Source of the DNA: an uncultured delta proteobacterium
GTDB taxonomy: Bacteria > Desulfobacterota > RBG-13-43-22
Assembly: GCA_963790475.1 (NCBI GenBank)
Contig: CAWBOS010000010.1
Coordinates: 1,056,001 to 1,120,000, forward strand
Length of the DNA stretch: 64,000 bases
Direction of reading: 5' to 3'
Under the pieces are notes generated by a model. It was not told the origin of the DNA and made no database searches. It worked only from the letters and a program-made list of their open reading frames with translations. The position numbers and the translations under genes were made by a program. The stretch's first letter is position 1, and each line of letters opens with the position of its first letter. Shown in pieces: positions 19,423-30,041 of the stretch.

Positions 19423-22400
19423 ATGAGTGTTGTTTCGACGCGATATGGACGAATGCGCATTATTGATGTGGATAATGTTATATCTCGTTCTTTAGCTTTA
19501 TACGGGGAGTGGGCTTTGGAGGAGCTAAGTTTGTTGGCACAGATAATTACCCCGGGTATGTGTGTGCTGGACGTAGGGGCATTTATTGGTACGCACACCC
19601 TAGCATTTTCAGAATTTACTGAGCAGAGGGGTAAGGTATATTCATTTGAGCCACGCAAAGAGATTTACGCCATTTTGTTAGAAAACTTAAACATAAATGA
19701 ACGCCAGAATGTTATTGCATTCAATATGGGTTTGGCTGAAAAAGAACAAATTCTTAATTTGCAATCGTTAGATTTAAACCAGGCTATTAATTTTGGAAGC
19801 CTGGCTCTTGATGCGAATGGTGTTTCGTTAGGCGCCAATAATTATCAAGTTCGTATTTCTACAATTGATGATTTGGGTATTGATAAAATCGATGTAATAA
19901 AACTTGATGTGGAAGGAATGGAACGGAGGGTATTAGACGGTGCTGTTGAAACAATTTTACGTGACAGACCCATTATCTTTTGCGAATGCAGTTCACTTGA
20001 TGCTGGGAGTGATGTGTTGGGTTTTTGCCAAGGCAAGCAGTATGACACTTACGGATTTCTGGCTTCAGCCTATAACCCGCACAATCTCAATGCAATAAAA
20101 GAAAATATTTTTGGGGCAGCGAAGGAGTTAGCATTGGTTTTGATTCCACGCGAGAAAAATGCGGAAGCCCTTTCGAAACTCACAGGTGTCAATTTGTTAC
20201 CGATTAACAATCTTGAAGATCTGGTATTGCCGCTGCTCTACAAACCGCAATATCCATTCGAAGTGCTTGCGCATACTGCACCTTGTTCGTTGCTTGGTAT
20301 CGATTTTCCGTCACCAGCATTGGCCGAACGCGACGGGCAAATCGCCGGTCTCAATCAGGCTGTGGCCGAACGCGACGGGCAAATCGCCGGTCTCAATCAG
20401 GCTGTGGCCGAACGCGACGGGCAAATCGCCGGTCTCAATCAGGCTGTGGCCGAACGCGACGGGCAAATCGCCGGTCTCAATCAGGCTGTGGCCGAACGGG
20501 ACGACCAAATCGCCGGTCTCAACCTGGTTGTGGCTGAACGGGACGACCAAATCGCCGGTCTCAACCTGGTTGTGGCTGAACGGGACGACCAAATCGCCGG
20601 TCTCAACCTGGTTGTGGCTGAACGGGACGCTCAGATGGATAGCCTCAGCCAAGTCTACACTGACCTTGATCTGCAAATAAAAGGCATCTTCAATTCTATA
20701 TCCTGGAGAATCACTAAGCCAATACGCTACCTACGTAAAATTAAAGGGACTATTTTCTGGATAATATTTAGTGTAACTATAAATTTTCTTAAAAAGCCTT
20801 CTTTATCACCCTTCAAACAGTTTCGCGAGTACATTTTCATCAGAAATAATTCTTTGTTTGACAAAAACTATTACTTAAAGAACAATTTAAATTTGTTTAA
20901 TTATGGAATTAATCCTGTTTGGCACTATATTAAAGCGGGGGCAGGGGAAGGGCGCAATCCAAGCATTAACTTTAACACAGCATTTTATTTAAGAAGTTAT
21001 GCTGATGTTGCCACATCTAAGTTAAACCCGCTATATCACTATATAAAGTATGGTAAACGTGAAGGTCGCTTTCCTTCAGAAGAAGCTTTTTTAAAAAATA
21101 GTTTAGATTCCAGAAATCTTAAAAGGCAAGATTTCTGGACAGAACAGGATTGGGCAAAAAAGAAAATTGCCAGCCATTTGGATCTTGCTTCCGGCCTCAA
21201 GATTAATGAACTCGGGGCGTTGGGTAGAGACCATGACATAGAGGATGAGATCCTAGGCCCTGCCGTCCGAATCTTAGAGTGTATCCAGTGCCAGCATGGC
21301 GCAGACGCCAGTTTTAATGGACAACGTGTGGCCGTGCTTGCCCACTGGGACCCGGATGCCGTGGTGGATCCATATGTGATTCACTACCTGACACACTTCA
21401 AGGAACTGGGCTGGAGCACTGTTCTCATTTCCGACAAAGCAATAAAGCTCACAGAAGATCTGATACAGGTTACCGACGCCGTTCTTCACCGAACATGCCC
21501 TGGCTATGATTTTACATCTTGGAAGGGAGCATTGGAATATTTTCCATCTCTGATTGAAGCCGAGGAATTGATTCTTACCAATGACAGCATCTTCGCACCT
21601 GTGGGTTCGCTATCCCCAATGCATTCGGCAATGCAAGAGATTAGATGCGATTTTTGGGGACCCGCGGGAAGCCGGGAATATACTCCCCACCTACAAAGCT
21701 ATTATCTTGTTTTTCGTAGCAAAGCATTACATCATGAGGCCTTTTCCCGCTTCTGGGCAGGAATGCAGCCAGACTGTGATCGTAAACGGGCCATCCGGTG
21801 CGAAACAGAACTTTCCCCATGGCTTGCTCTCCACGGCCTACAGCCGGCTGTTTATGCACCCATGCCACTGCTGAACGATGATATCACCAACCTTTCTCAC
21901 GATTTTTGGAGGGAGCTTATAGATATTGGTACCCCCTTCTTTAAGCGCGAACTGCTGAAGGAAAACGCCAGAAACGTAAATATTAATGACTGCCTGGACG
22001 TCTTAGCAGACGCCGGCTATCCAATTCACCTGATTGCCAACTATTTCAAACGCCTCGGAGTGACGCCGACCGTCCCCATGCCACCCCGCGCACTCGCACC
22101 TGAGGGGGTTTGGCCTCCCGATGTTCGCGTTCTCGAAATCCCTTGCAACCCAGACAATTGTGCCCAACTTTTACCCGAGGAAAAGGAAAAAGTTGGCAAC
22201 GTAGGGGTGTTCCTGCATATTTATCATGAAGATTTGACAGAAGAGCTGGTCCAATGCGCGCTTTGCGTTCCCGAGCCACGACGCGTCTACATTTCCACAG
22301 ATACACGAGCTAAAGAGGTCCATATTAGAAAAATCCTTAAATTACATGGCATAGAATCGACTGCGGAAGTCCGTGTGCTTCCCAACAGGGGCTGGGATAT

Positions 22401-22917
22401 AGCTCCATTTTTAGTGGGTTTTGCCGACAGAATCCGCGAACACTCTATCCTTTTGCGACTGCACTCCAAAAGGTCCTTACATCTTTCCAGGGATATCGGG
22501 ACCTACTGGCGACAAACGCTGTTTAACATTCTTGCCGGATCACGAGAACGCACCCAAGGCATCCTGCGCGCCCTCGCCCATAATCCGGAACTGGGTATGG
22601 TCTGCCCTCCCCACGCCTCGGTCTGGGAGGATGCCGTCCACTTCGGGGGAAACTACGTTCGTATGGAGGAGTTACTATCCCGCCTTGGCATTACCATCCG
22701 CCCTGATTTGCCTATAGATTTTCCCATGGGTTCCATGTTTTGGTGCCGCAGGCTTGTCCTGGAACCTTGGATTGAAATGCAATTGCGCTTTGAAGATTTT
22801 GAGCCAACATTACCGGAGATACGGGACCAGAACCTGGCACATTCCATAGAACGATTGTTTTTCTTCGGCTGTGGAATTACCGGGCATCGCTGGGCAAGGA
22901 TACCAATGCCAAGGTAG
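19423..22917 (+). CDS. FkbM methyltransferase + 14-aa-repeat coiled coil + tandem RgpF (rhamnan synthesis F)-like domains
   Basis: LDVGAFIG and IKLDVEGME; (AERD[GD]QIAGLN..V)x7; SWRITKPIR; PLYHYIKYGKREGR; GYDFTSW/TNDS/HLQSY; HIYHEDL/NRGWDIAPF/LHSKRS/FPMGSMFW/LAHSIER. Confidence 0.88.
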   Translation: MSVVSTRYGRMRIIDVDNVISRSLALYGEWALEELSLLAQIITPGMCVLDVGAFIGTHTLAFSEFTEQRGKVYSFEPRKEIYAILLENLNINERQNVIAFNMGLAEKEQILNLQSLDLNQAINFGSLALDANGVSLGANNYQVRISTIDDLGIDKIDVIKLDVEGMERRVLDGAVETILRDRPIIFCECSSLDAGSDVLGFCQGKQYDTYGFLASAYNPHNLNAIKENIFGAAKELALVLIPREKNAEALSKLTGVNLLPINNLEDLVLPLLYKPQYPFEVLAHTAPCSLLGIDFPSPALAERDGQIAGLNQAVAERDGQIAGLNQAVAERDGQIAGLNQAVAERDGQIAGLNQAVAERDDQIAGLNLVVAERDDQIAGLNLVVAERDDQIAGLNLVVAERDAQMDSLSQVYTDLDLQIKGIFNSISWRITKPIRYLRKIKGTIFWIIFSVTINFLKKPSLSPFKQFREYIFIRNNSLFDKNYYLKNNLNLFNYGINPVWHYIKAGAGEGRNPSINFNTAFYLRSYADVATSKLNPLYHYIKYGKREGRFPSEEAFLKNSLDSRNLKRQDFWTEQDWAKKKIASHLDLASGLKINELGALGRDHDIEDEILGPAVRILECIQCQHGADASFNGQRVAVLAHWDPDAVVDPYVIHYLTHFKELGWSTVLISDKAIKLTEDLIQVTDAVLHRTCPGYDFTSWKGALEYFPSLIEAEELILTNDSIFAPVGSLSPMHSAMQEIRCDFWGPAGSREYTPHLQSYYLVFRSKALHHEAFSRFWAGMQPDCDRKRAIRCETELSPWLALHGLQPAVYAPMPLLNDDITNLSHDFWRELIDIGTPFFKRELLKENARNVNINDCLDVLADAGYPIHLIANYFKRLGVTPTVPMPPRALAPEGVWPPDVRVLEIPCNPDNCAQLLPEEKEKVGNVGVFLHIYHEDLTEELVQCALCVPEPRRVYISTDTRAKEVHIRKILKLHGIESTAEVRVLPNRGWDIAPFLVGFADRIREHSILLRLHSKRSLHLSRDIGTYWRQTLFNILAGSRERTQGILRALAHNPELGMVCPPHASVWEDAVHFGGNYVRMEELLSRLGITIRPDLPIDFPMGSMFWCRRLVLEPWIEMQLRFEDFEPTLPEIRDQNLAHSIERLFFFGCGITGHRWARIPMPR
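20323..20616 (+). repeat. 42-bp in-frame tandem repeat (VNTR), 4 + 3 near-identical units
   Basis: gccgaacgcgacgggcaaatcgccggtctcaatcaggctgtg x4, then gc[ct]gaacgggacgaccaaatcgccggtctcaacctggttgtg x3. Confidence 0.95.
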
Positions 22918-22957
22918 ATATTACAAGCCTCAATCAGCTTAACAAGGAACCCGTTTT

Positions 22958-25519
22958 ATGCTCGTATTCACCTCATGTACCAACAACTACATACCCAAAG
23001 CAAGAGTATTGAGTTCTACATTTAAGAATAACCATCGAGACTGGACCTTCTGTCTGGTCCTTAGCGAAGATCCCCCCCAAGGTTTTGATCTCGGTAACGA
23101 ACCCTTTGATCGCATGTTGTCCATTGAAGAGCTGGATATTCCAAACTTCTCGAGCTGGCTTTTTCGCCACCGGGTCGTTGAGATCTGTACGGCGGCCAAA
23201 GGCCCAGCTATGTACCATTTTCTCGAACGAGAAAAACATGAAAAAGTGATCTACCTCGACCCGGACATCATGGTCATCAATTCCCTTTCCCCACTGTCCG
23301 ATTTACTGGATGAATACGATATTCTTTTAACGCCACACCAGCTTTCCCCCCAACCCGACCTCGATAGTGTTGTACATAATGAAATTTGCGCCCTGCAACA
23401 CGGGATCTACAATCTTGGTTTCGTGGGAGTAGCCAGAAGGGAACAGGGAATCGGCTTTGCCCGCTGGTGGCGCGACAGGCTCTATCATTTTTGCTATGAA
23501 GATATTCCGAGCGGCCTTTTCACCGATCAACGCTGGTGTGATCTGGCTCCGGCATTTTTTCCTAAACTGCATATCATCCGCGATCCCGGGTACAACGCTG
23601 CCTCTTGGAATCTTACCGACCGCACCATTACCCGTCGGGAGAACGGTCCATTTATGGCCAACAATTCACCTCTACGCTTTTACCATTTCACGGGTTTTGA
23701 CTCCGGTGCTGGCCATGCTGCTACACAAGCCTTTGGCAAGGGTATGCCCGCCGTATCTGAGTTATGGACCATCTACGAGGAAAACCTAAGGGCCTTCGGG
23801 CATGCAAAGCTCGGAAAACTTCCTTGGAAATACGCATGCTTCTCCAACGGCGAGAACATTACGGACAACATGCGCCTTCTATATCGCTCACGCCCCGACC
23901 TGCAGCAAGCCTTCCCCAATCCTTTCGACCTTTCCAACCCAACGTGGAATTACCTTGTTTGGTATAAAAACCTATTGGTGAAGAATGAAAGCAAAGCCCG
24001 GCACAAATGGTCCAAACTTATTAAATTAACTATAGTCTTAGGAAGAAAATACATCAAATCGCCCAAGACCCTGTTGCACCATATATCCAAGACTTGGGAA
24101 TCTTTCCGTCTGGGTGGGGTGAGAGGTTTTTTACACAAAATTGATGTTTTTGGAAATTCCTCCTTGAGATCGGAATCCTTACAAAGCCAGCCAATGACGA
24201 ATCAGCCGGCCACAACCGAACCATTGGAGTCCCCAGGAGGAATGAATTCCAGCATCATCCAGTTGCGTTCCCTGCTGGAACCATCGGACCCCTTGGCTAC
24301 CTCGGCCGAAAACAAAGTCAACTCTATTCTATTAAATTCCCTGCTGGCCACCAAAAACTCTCCTGTGTGCATTATCGACCACCAGTGGGGCGGTGGGGCA
24401 AATGAATACCGGATTGCGCGTATCCAGAAATACCTACAAGCAGGGCAGGCTGTGCTGCTCGCTACCTACAACAAGCACATGGGCTTAGTGGAACTGGAAG
24501 CAATGCACGGAAGCGCGCACCTGAGCTTTACAGCCAATAATTTACGGGAATTGGAGGATAGTCGGTTTCCTCGTCTAAACCGGATCATCATCAATGAAGT
24601 GATTTCGTGGACGACAGGATCTACAGGAACACCGACTAACCTCATCGGCGACATCCCCTGGATCGTCGGGCAGATTGTCGGATTAGCCCGCACACATAAG
24701 GCTGCAATGGAATGCCTGTTCCACGATTTCTTTCCTGTATGCCCAAGCCTCAACCTTCTGGCCGGAAATTCTACATTTTGCGGCATCCCGGCCGACCTAA
24801 ACGACTGCGCTGCTTGTCTTAAAAATAATCCCCATCTTTGCGTCCCACTTCCGGAAGGTTTCACCATTAACGCCTGGCGGGCCGCATGGAAAGATCTCAT
24901 TATCAATGCGGAGAAGTTAGTCTTCTTCTCTGAAAGCACGCGGCGCCTGGTGGAACGTGCTTATCCCGTCCGCTCCGAGCAGGTGGAAATTACCCCTCAC
25001 CCACCGCTCATTGAATATGCCTCCCCGATTCGCATTCCCAAGGAAGGGACCATGGGCATTGCCGTAGTGGGCAATATCTTAATGCATAAAGGCGCTGATA
25101 TAGTAATCGACGTGGCGAATTTATTGCTGAATGATGATCCCACGGCTCGCGTAGTGGTTATTGGTGAGATCGAAGCCGCCCATATTCCCTCTAACATGGT
25201 GGTAACCGGAAAATATGCTCGTGAGAAATTGCCTGAATTGCTGGAACAATATCACGCCACCATTGGATTTATACCTTCTATTGTGCCGGAAACATTTAGC
25301 TATGTAACCCAGGAGCTTATGGCGTTGGGCTTGCCCTTAGTGTGCTTGGACCTGGGGGCCCCTGCCGAACGAATCGGCCTTTGGGCCCATGGTCTCATAG
25401 CCCCTGAAATAAATGCTAAATCCGCCCTCGATACAATGCGGCGATTGGATTCCCGCCGTCACGCAATGAGGGTGGGACGCGAAACAATTGCTTCCGAATT
25501 TATAACAGGGTCGGCATAG
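22958..25519 (+). CDS. Two-domain glycosyltransferase (GT8-like GT-A N-domain + GT4-like C-domain)
   Basis: YLDPDI, GIYNLGF, FTDQRW.DL and FYHFTG, then HDFFPVCP, HKGAD and PETFSY...LGAPAER. Confidence 0.75.
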   Translation: MLVFTSCTNNYIPKARVLSSTFKNNHRDWTFCLVLSEDPPQGFDLGNEPFDRMLSIEELDIPNFSSWLFRHRVVEICTAAKGPAMYHFLEREKHEKVIYLDPDIMVINSLSPLSDLLDEYDILLTPHQLSPQPDLDSVVHNEICALQHGIYNLGFVGVARREQGIGFARWWRDRLYHFCYEDIPSGLFTDQRWCDLAPAFFPKLHIIRDPGYNAASWNLTDRTITRRENGPFMANNSPLRFYHFTGFDSGAGHAATQAFGKGMPAVSELWTIYEENLRAFGHAKLGKLPWKYACFSNGENITDNMRLLYRSRPDLQQAFPNPFDLSNPTWNYLVWYKNLLVKNESKARHKWSKLIKLTIVLGRKYIKSPKTLLHHISKTWESFRLGGVRGFLHKIDVFGNSSLRSESLQSQPMTNQPATTEPLESPGGMNSSIIQLRSLLEPSDPLATSAENKVNSILLNSLLATKNSPVCIIDHQWGGGANEYRIARIQKYLQAGQAVLLATYNKHMGLVELEAMHGSAHLSFTANNLRELEDSRFPRLNRIIINEVISWTTGSTGTPTNLIGDIPWIVGQIVGLARTHKAAMECLFHDFFPVCPSLNLLAGNSTFCGIPADLNDCAACLKNNPHLCVPLPEGFTINAWRAAWKDLIINAEKLVFFSESTRRLVERAYPVRSEQVEITPHPPLIEYASPIRIPKEGTMGIAVVGNILMHKGADIVIDVANLLLNDDPTARVVVIGEIEAAHIPSNMVVTGKYAREKLPELLEQYHATIGFIPSIVPETFSYVTQELMALGLPLVCLDLGAPAERIGLWAHGLIAPEINAKSALDTMRRLDSRRHAMRVGRETIASEFITGSA

Positions 25520-25521
25520 AG

Positions 25522-26154
25522 GTGGGGGCGCTCAACAACCCATTGCCAGTCCCAATTGCTGCAAAAATTAGATATGTTGATCGTATGGAAAAGCGGAGTT
25601 TATACGAGCAATATCCAGAGCTGCAGCAACTTAAACTTGTGGACGTTGATTTTGTGGATAATGGTGAAACGTTATTAACGTTCGCTGAAAACAGTCAAGA
25701 CTTTATTATCGCCAACCACTTTCTGGAACATTGCGAAGACCCTATCGCAACCCTGAAAACTTTCTTTCGAGTATTGCGAACTGGGGGTGTGGTATTTTTG
25801 GCATTGCCCGACAAGCGCTTCAGTTTCGACAAGAATCGTCAAAGAACGAACTTGGCTCGTTTGATTCGTGATCATTTAGATGGGCCGATTACCAGCCGTT
25901 TTGAGCATTTCTGCGAATGGCCTGAATTTTGGGAGGCACAGGTTGGCAGGGTCTACGCCACAGTCGATGAAATCGAAAATCGCGCCCGTGAGTTAATGAA
26001 CCAAAATTATAGTATCCATTTCCACGTGTGGGAACCCAGAGATGTATATGAGATGTTGCGGTATTGTGCAGATAATCAGGAAGTACCATTGGTAATCGAG
26101 TATTTCCTTTCCAAGGATGACGAGATGGTTATTATCCTGAGAAAGAAGGCTTGA
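25522..26154 (+). CDS. Class I SAM methyltransferase; probably frameshifted from the upstream ORF
   Basis: (GIEV)GALNNPL..RYVD, QDFIIANHFLEH..DP and LPDKRFSFD motifs. The expected N-terminus (RETIASEFITG) lies in the upstream ORF's frame. Confidence 0.75.
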   Translation: MGALNNPLPVPIAAKIRYVDRMEKRSLYEQYPELQQLKLVDVDFVDNGETLLTFAENSQDFIIANHFLEHCEDPIATLKTFFRVLRTGGVVFLALPDKRFSFDKNRQRTNLARLIRDHLDGPITSRFEHFCEWPEFWEAQVGRVYATVDEIENRARELMNQNYSIHFHVWEPRDVYEMLRYCADNQEVPLVIEYFLSKDDEMVIILRKKA

Positions 26155-26484
26155 GCTGATCGAGCTTAAAGCCAAGATCTTCAAGTGTACTATCTCATTA
26201 CTAGGACCACATACGGCATTATGGTGGGAATGCGAGGATGTCTTATCGCCTATCTCCACCTCGCCATCTACTGTCACACTGAATACGCGGAGAAGGTGAG
26301 CATCCGGAGGATTAGAGAACTGCGCATCAAGATCAAGAATGAGGCGGCCATGATGAATGAGACCGAAGGGGACCCAGGTGAGATAGATTTCAAACAATAT
26401 ATATCGAATCAGTTGTGTACAATGGTTAGTTGTGCAAAGCTTACGATATAACTCTCTTGCAAAGCACGGTACCTGAAAATATAT

Positions 26485-28854
26485 ATGTCTGCGCCTAAAA
26501 AAATAATTAATAAATTTGGCTCAAGGAATCTAGACTCGACTGTCAATTTTATCTTATGGCTTGCGTTACTAATTACAGTCATTGCTAAATTTGTCCCATT
26601 ATTACCGGAAATGCCTGCAGGCGGTCTTGATCCATCGTTTACATTTGCATATAATCAAGCAGTAGCTCAAGGGCTTTCCTTTGGTAAAGAAATCATCCTT
26701 ACTTTTGGGCCCTATGCTTCTATTTATTATAAGTCATACCACCCATCAACTGATTTTATGATGCTTAGCGGAAGTCTGTATTTGGCTTTTTCATATTGGG
26801 TATGTTTTCTCCTTTTAATGAAAAATGTTCAATGGCGCTGGGTTCTGGCCTTTTGCGTCATCCTCGCTGGATTGACGTATTCACAAGACGCTTTGCTTTT
26901 TTCACTCCCGCTGCTTGTCGGATTACAAACCTTCAAGATTCTATTTTCGGAAGAAGGAAGGCTGGTCAAAAGCAAACTGGCACCATTTTATGTGGCATTA
27001 CTATTTGCGCCATTTGGTTTGCTGCCTTTAGTTAAGGGTAGCATAATGATCCTGTGCGGTGCAGTTGCTGCTTTGTGCTCGTCAGTTTTTATTGCTAACA
27101 GACATAGACTTCTCGCAATACTTTGTCTGTTTACTCCTATGGTTTCAGTACTTTTTTTTTGGATTGCATCGGGACAATCTGCAACAACTTTGCCAAATTA
27201 CTTTATTAGTATGGCGCCTATAGTCTCAGGCTACACCGAAGCCATGGCCGTTGACGGCAACATTCGTGAGATTATTTTATATTTAGCTGCCTCGGCCTTT
27301 TTGTTGTTAGTAATATCCATTCAAACGGAAACAAGCGACACTTCAAAAATATTTTTATTTTGTATTTATTTTGTTTTTTTATTCCTTTCCTTCAAGGCTG
27401 GATTTGTCCGTCATGATGGCCATGCCATTATGTCCGGAACGTCTATTTTGATTGCTGCACTGCTGCTTCCATTTATTTTTTCTTCACGGATTCTACTTCT
27501 GGTCGTTGCTTTTTCATTAATTTCATGTTTTTACATTGATAGTCATTACATCAAGATGTCGACCGCACATATAGCTAATAATATCGTATCAACTTATTCA
27601 TCGCCATGGATTGGCCTTAAAAATAGAATCAAAGACGAGAACTGGCCAAGACGTGACTTCGATGCCGTAGTGAACTCCCTGCGAGAGCAAGCGTCTTTTC
27701 CAATTTTGCAAGGCACAACAGACATCTACTCCTTCAATCAATCGTATTTGATTTCTTCCGGAAACACTTGGTCTCCTCGCCCAGTATTTCAGAGCTATTC
27801 TGCTTACACCCCAATGCTGGCTGAGGAAAATAGAAAACATCTCCTAGGGAGGCAAGCGCCTGATAATGTTATTTTTAGAGTTGAACCAATTGATGGTAGA
27901 CTTCCGTCAATTGAGGACGGCTCAAGTTGGCCGATACTGATGGTTAATTATCAGCCAACCCAGATGGCGAATGATTTTTTATTTCTTCGAAAAAAGAGAG
28001 GTATCACTGAAAATACAGCGCCATTGAAGTTAATGAGCGAAACACATACGTTCGGAGAGAGTGTGAATTTACCCCAAACAAACCAATCAATATTTGCTCA
28101 GATTGAGATTAAGCCAACTTTCTGGGGACGTTTAGCAAGTATATTTTTTAAGCCCAGCCATCTTCAAATCACTATTGAACTGAAAAACGGCACAACAAAG
28201 CAGTACCCCATTATCTCCGGCATGGCCAAATCTGGTTTTTTGATATCACCACTGATCGAAAACACAGTTGAATTCGGAATGTTATATGGTAAAAAAAAGG
28301 ACTTAGATGGAAAGTTAGTAAAGTCGTATGCAATTGCGCCGAGTCATGGCAAAACCATGCTTTGGAACGATGAATATACTGTTACGCTCAGCCAAATTAG
28401 AACCATTTCCTCTTATGATTTTTCTAAAATATATAAGTTTGATAGCTTTTACGATAAATTATTGAGCTCCAAAGTGACATATACGGAAAAATGTGACGGC
28501 TTTATTGATGGGGTTAACGGCATGTCTCCTGCTCCGACACAGTTTTCAGCATCAGGCTTGCTAAGAGTTAATGGGTGGCTCGCGGCTTCTATTGATAAGG
28601 CCACTCTGCCAGAAGCTGTTTTTGTGATTTTGACTGATGATCATGGTAATCATTCATATTTAAGAACGCGGCGAACGCCTCGTCCCGATGTAGGCGGGCT
28701 TTTTAAGAAGCCTGAGCTTAATGAGTCTGGATTTAGCACTTTTGCCGACATATCAGCAATAGAAGGACAATATACTTTAGGCCTTGCTTTGAAGCAGTCT
28801 AATAAAATAAAGATTTGTCAGCAGTTTAAAATTCCAGTAACGATCACCAAATAA
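26485..28854 (+). CDS. Polytopic membrane protein with large periplasmic C-terminus (putative GT-C glycosyltransferase)
   Basis: GLDPS...GLSFGKEIILTFGPY N-loop, about 11-13 hydrophobic segments, RHDGH, PRPVFQSYSAYTP and IDGRLP motifs, and a C-terminal GW...RPDV beta domain. Confidence 0.6.
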   Translation: MSAPKKIINKFGSRNLDSTVNFILWLALLITVIAKFVPLLPEMPAGGLDPSFTFAYNQAVAQGLSFGKEIILTFGPYASIYYKSYHPSTDFMMLSGSLYLAFSYWVCFLLLMKNVQWRWVLAFCVILAGLTYSQDALLFSLPLLVGLQTFKILFSEEGRLVKSKLAPFYVALLFAPFGLLPLVKGSIMILCGAVAALCSSVFIANRHRLLAILCLFTPMVSVLFFWIASGQSATTLPNYFISMAPIVSGYTEAMAVDGNIREIILYLAASAFLLLVISIQTETSDTSKIFLFCIYFVFLFLSFKAGFVRHDGHAIMSGTSILIAALLLPFIFSSRILLLVVAFSLISCFYIDSHYIKMSTAHIANNIVSTYSSPWIGLKNRIKDENWPRRDFDAVVNSLREQASFPILQGTTDIYSFNQSYLISSGNTWSPRPVFQSYSAYTPMLAEENRKHLLGRQAPDNVIFRVEPIDGRLPSIEDGSSWPILMVNYQPTQMANDFLFLRKKRGITENTAPLKLMSETHTFGESVNLPQTNQSIFAQIEIKPTFWGRLASIFFKPSHLQITIELKNGTTKQYPIISGMAKSGFLISPLIENTVEFGMLYGKKKDLDGKLVKSYAIAPSHGKTMLWNDEYTVTLSQIRTISSYDFSKIYKFDSFYDKLLSSKVTYTEKCDGFIDGVNGMSPAPTQFSASGLLRVNGWLAASIDKATLPEAVFVILTDDHGNHSYLRTRRTPRPDVGGLFKKPELNESGFSTFADISAIEGQYTLGLALKQSNKIKICQQFKIPVTITK

Positions 28855-28969
28855 ATTATCCTAATAAATAATAAAATATTTCTCCATGGTGGGGCTGGCC
28901 TTGTTGCTCCAAACATTGTTGCTCGTTTTAAGACAAAGGGTTGCACCTACAAAGTAGGAGTGTTTTAAT

Positions 28970-30022
28970 ATGAAAACAATTCTTATCACCGGCTCATCAG
29001 GTCTAATCGGTTCAGAAGTTGCTACTTATTTTCATAAAAAGGGATTCACCATTCATGGTGTTGACAACAACCAACGGGCTGTATTTTTTGGCCCTCAGGG
29101 TGATACAAGATGGAGCCAGCAGAGACTCGTGGAAACGCTGCCGAACTTTCGGCACCACGAACTGGACATCCGCAACCGCCAAGGAGTCATTGATCTGTTA
29201 AGGGAATTGAGACCAGCGTGCATTATTCATACGGCCGCGCAACCTTCCCATGACCTGGCAGCGAATATCCCCTTTGATGATTTTGACACAAATTCAGTCG
29301 GCACTTTGAATCTACTGGAAGCGACGCGTCAGTTCTGTGCCGAGTCGCCATTCATTCACATGTCAACCAATAAAGTATACGGTGATTTACCTAACTTCAT
29401 CAAGCTCAAGGAATTGGACACGCGATGGGATTATGATGATCCTGCCTACGCAGACGGTATACCGGAGACATTTTCCATCGATCAGTCCAAGCATTCCCTG
29501 TTCGGTGCTTCTAAAGTAGCCGGTGACATTATGGTGCAGGAATATGGTCGCTATTTCGGTATGTCCACCTGCTGTTTGCGCGGTGGTTGTCTTACCGGCC
29601 CCAACCATTCCGGGGTTGAATTACATGGTTTTCTCAGCTATTTGATCAAGTGTAATCTGGATGGGCGGGAATATAGAATCTTCGGCTACAAAGGCAAGCA
29701 GGTACGGGATAACATACACTCCGAGGATGTCGCTCGCTTCATTTACGCCTTTTATCAAAATCCCCGCTGTGGAGAAGTATATAATCTGGGTGGTGGTAAG
29801 GCCAATTCCTGCTCTATATTTGAAGCATTCACTCTTGTCGAACTGTTTACCGGAAAACGCCAAATCTATACGTATTTGGATCAAAACCGTATCGGCGATC
29901 ATATTTGCTACTACAGTGATCTTCGCAAAATGAAGGCTCACTATCCCCAGTGGGACATCACCAAAACATTAACACGTACAGTATCTGAAATAGTTGAATC
30001 ATGGCAAAGGCGAATGTTTTAA
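28970..30022 (+). CDS. NAD-dependent epimerase/dehydratase (CDP-paratose 2-epimerase-like)
   Basis: [30 protein letters not shown] and GKQVRD motifs. Confidence 0.85.
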   Translation: MKTILITGSSGLIGSEVATYFHKKGFTIHGVDNNQRAVFFGPQGDTRWSQQRLVETLPNFRHHELDIRNRQGVIDLLRELRPACIIHTAAQPSHDLAANIPFDDFDTNSVGTLNLLEATRQFCAESPFIHMSTNKVYGDLPNFIKLKELDTRWDYDDPAYADGIPETFSIDQSKHSLFGASKVAGDIMVQEYGRYFGMSTCCLRGGCLTGPNHSGVELHGFLSYLIKCNLDGREYRIFGYKGKQVRDNIHSEDVARFIYAFYQNPRCGEVYNLGGGKANSCSIFEAFTLVELFTGKRQIYTYLDQNRIGDHICYYSDLRKMKAHYPQWDITKTLTRTVSEIVESWQRRMF

Positions 30023-30041
30023 ACAAAGATTATCAAGAGTT

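Noticed and set aside
20323-20616. CRISPR array
   Set aside because: The repeats are contiguous 42-bp coding units with no spacers, and no cas genes are present.
20159-20680. Repeat-containing ORFs in alternative frames
   Set aside because: By-products of the 42-bp tandem repeat.
26185-26451. 88-aa ORF between the MTase and the membrane protein
   Set aside because: No RBS or family motif recognised; may be a remnant but cannot be assigned.
28885-28952. GTAG-type REP remnant
   Set aside because: Too degenerate to call.
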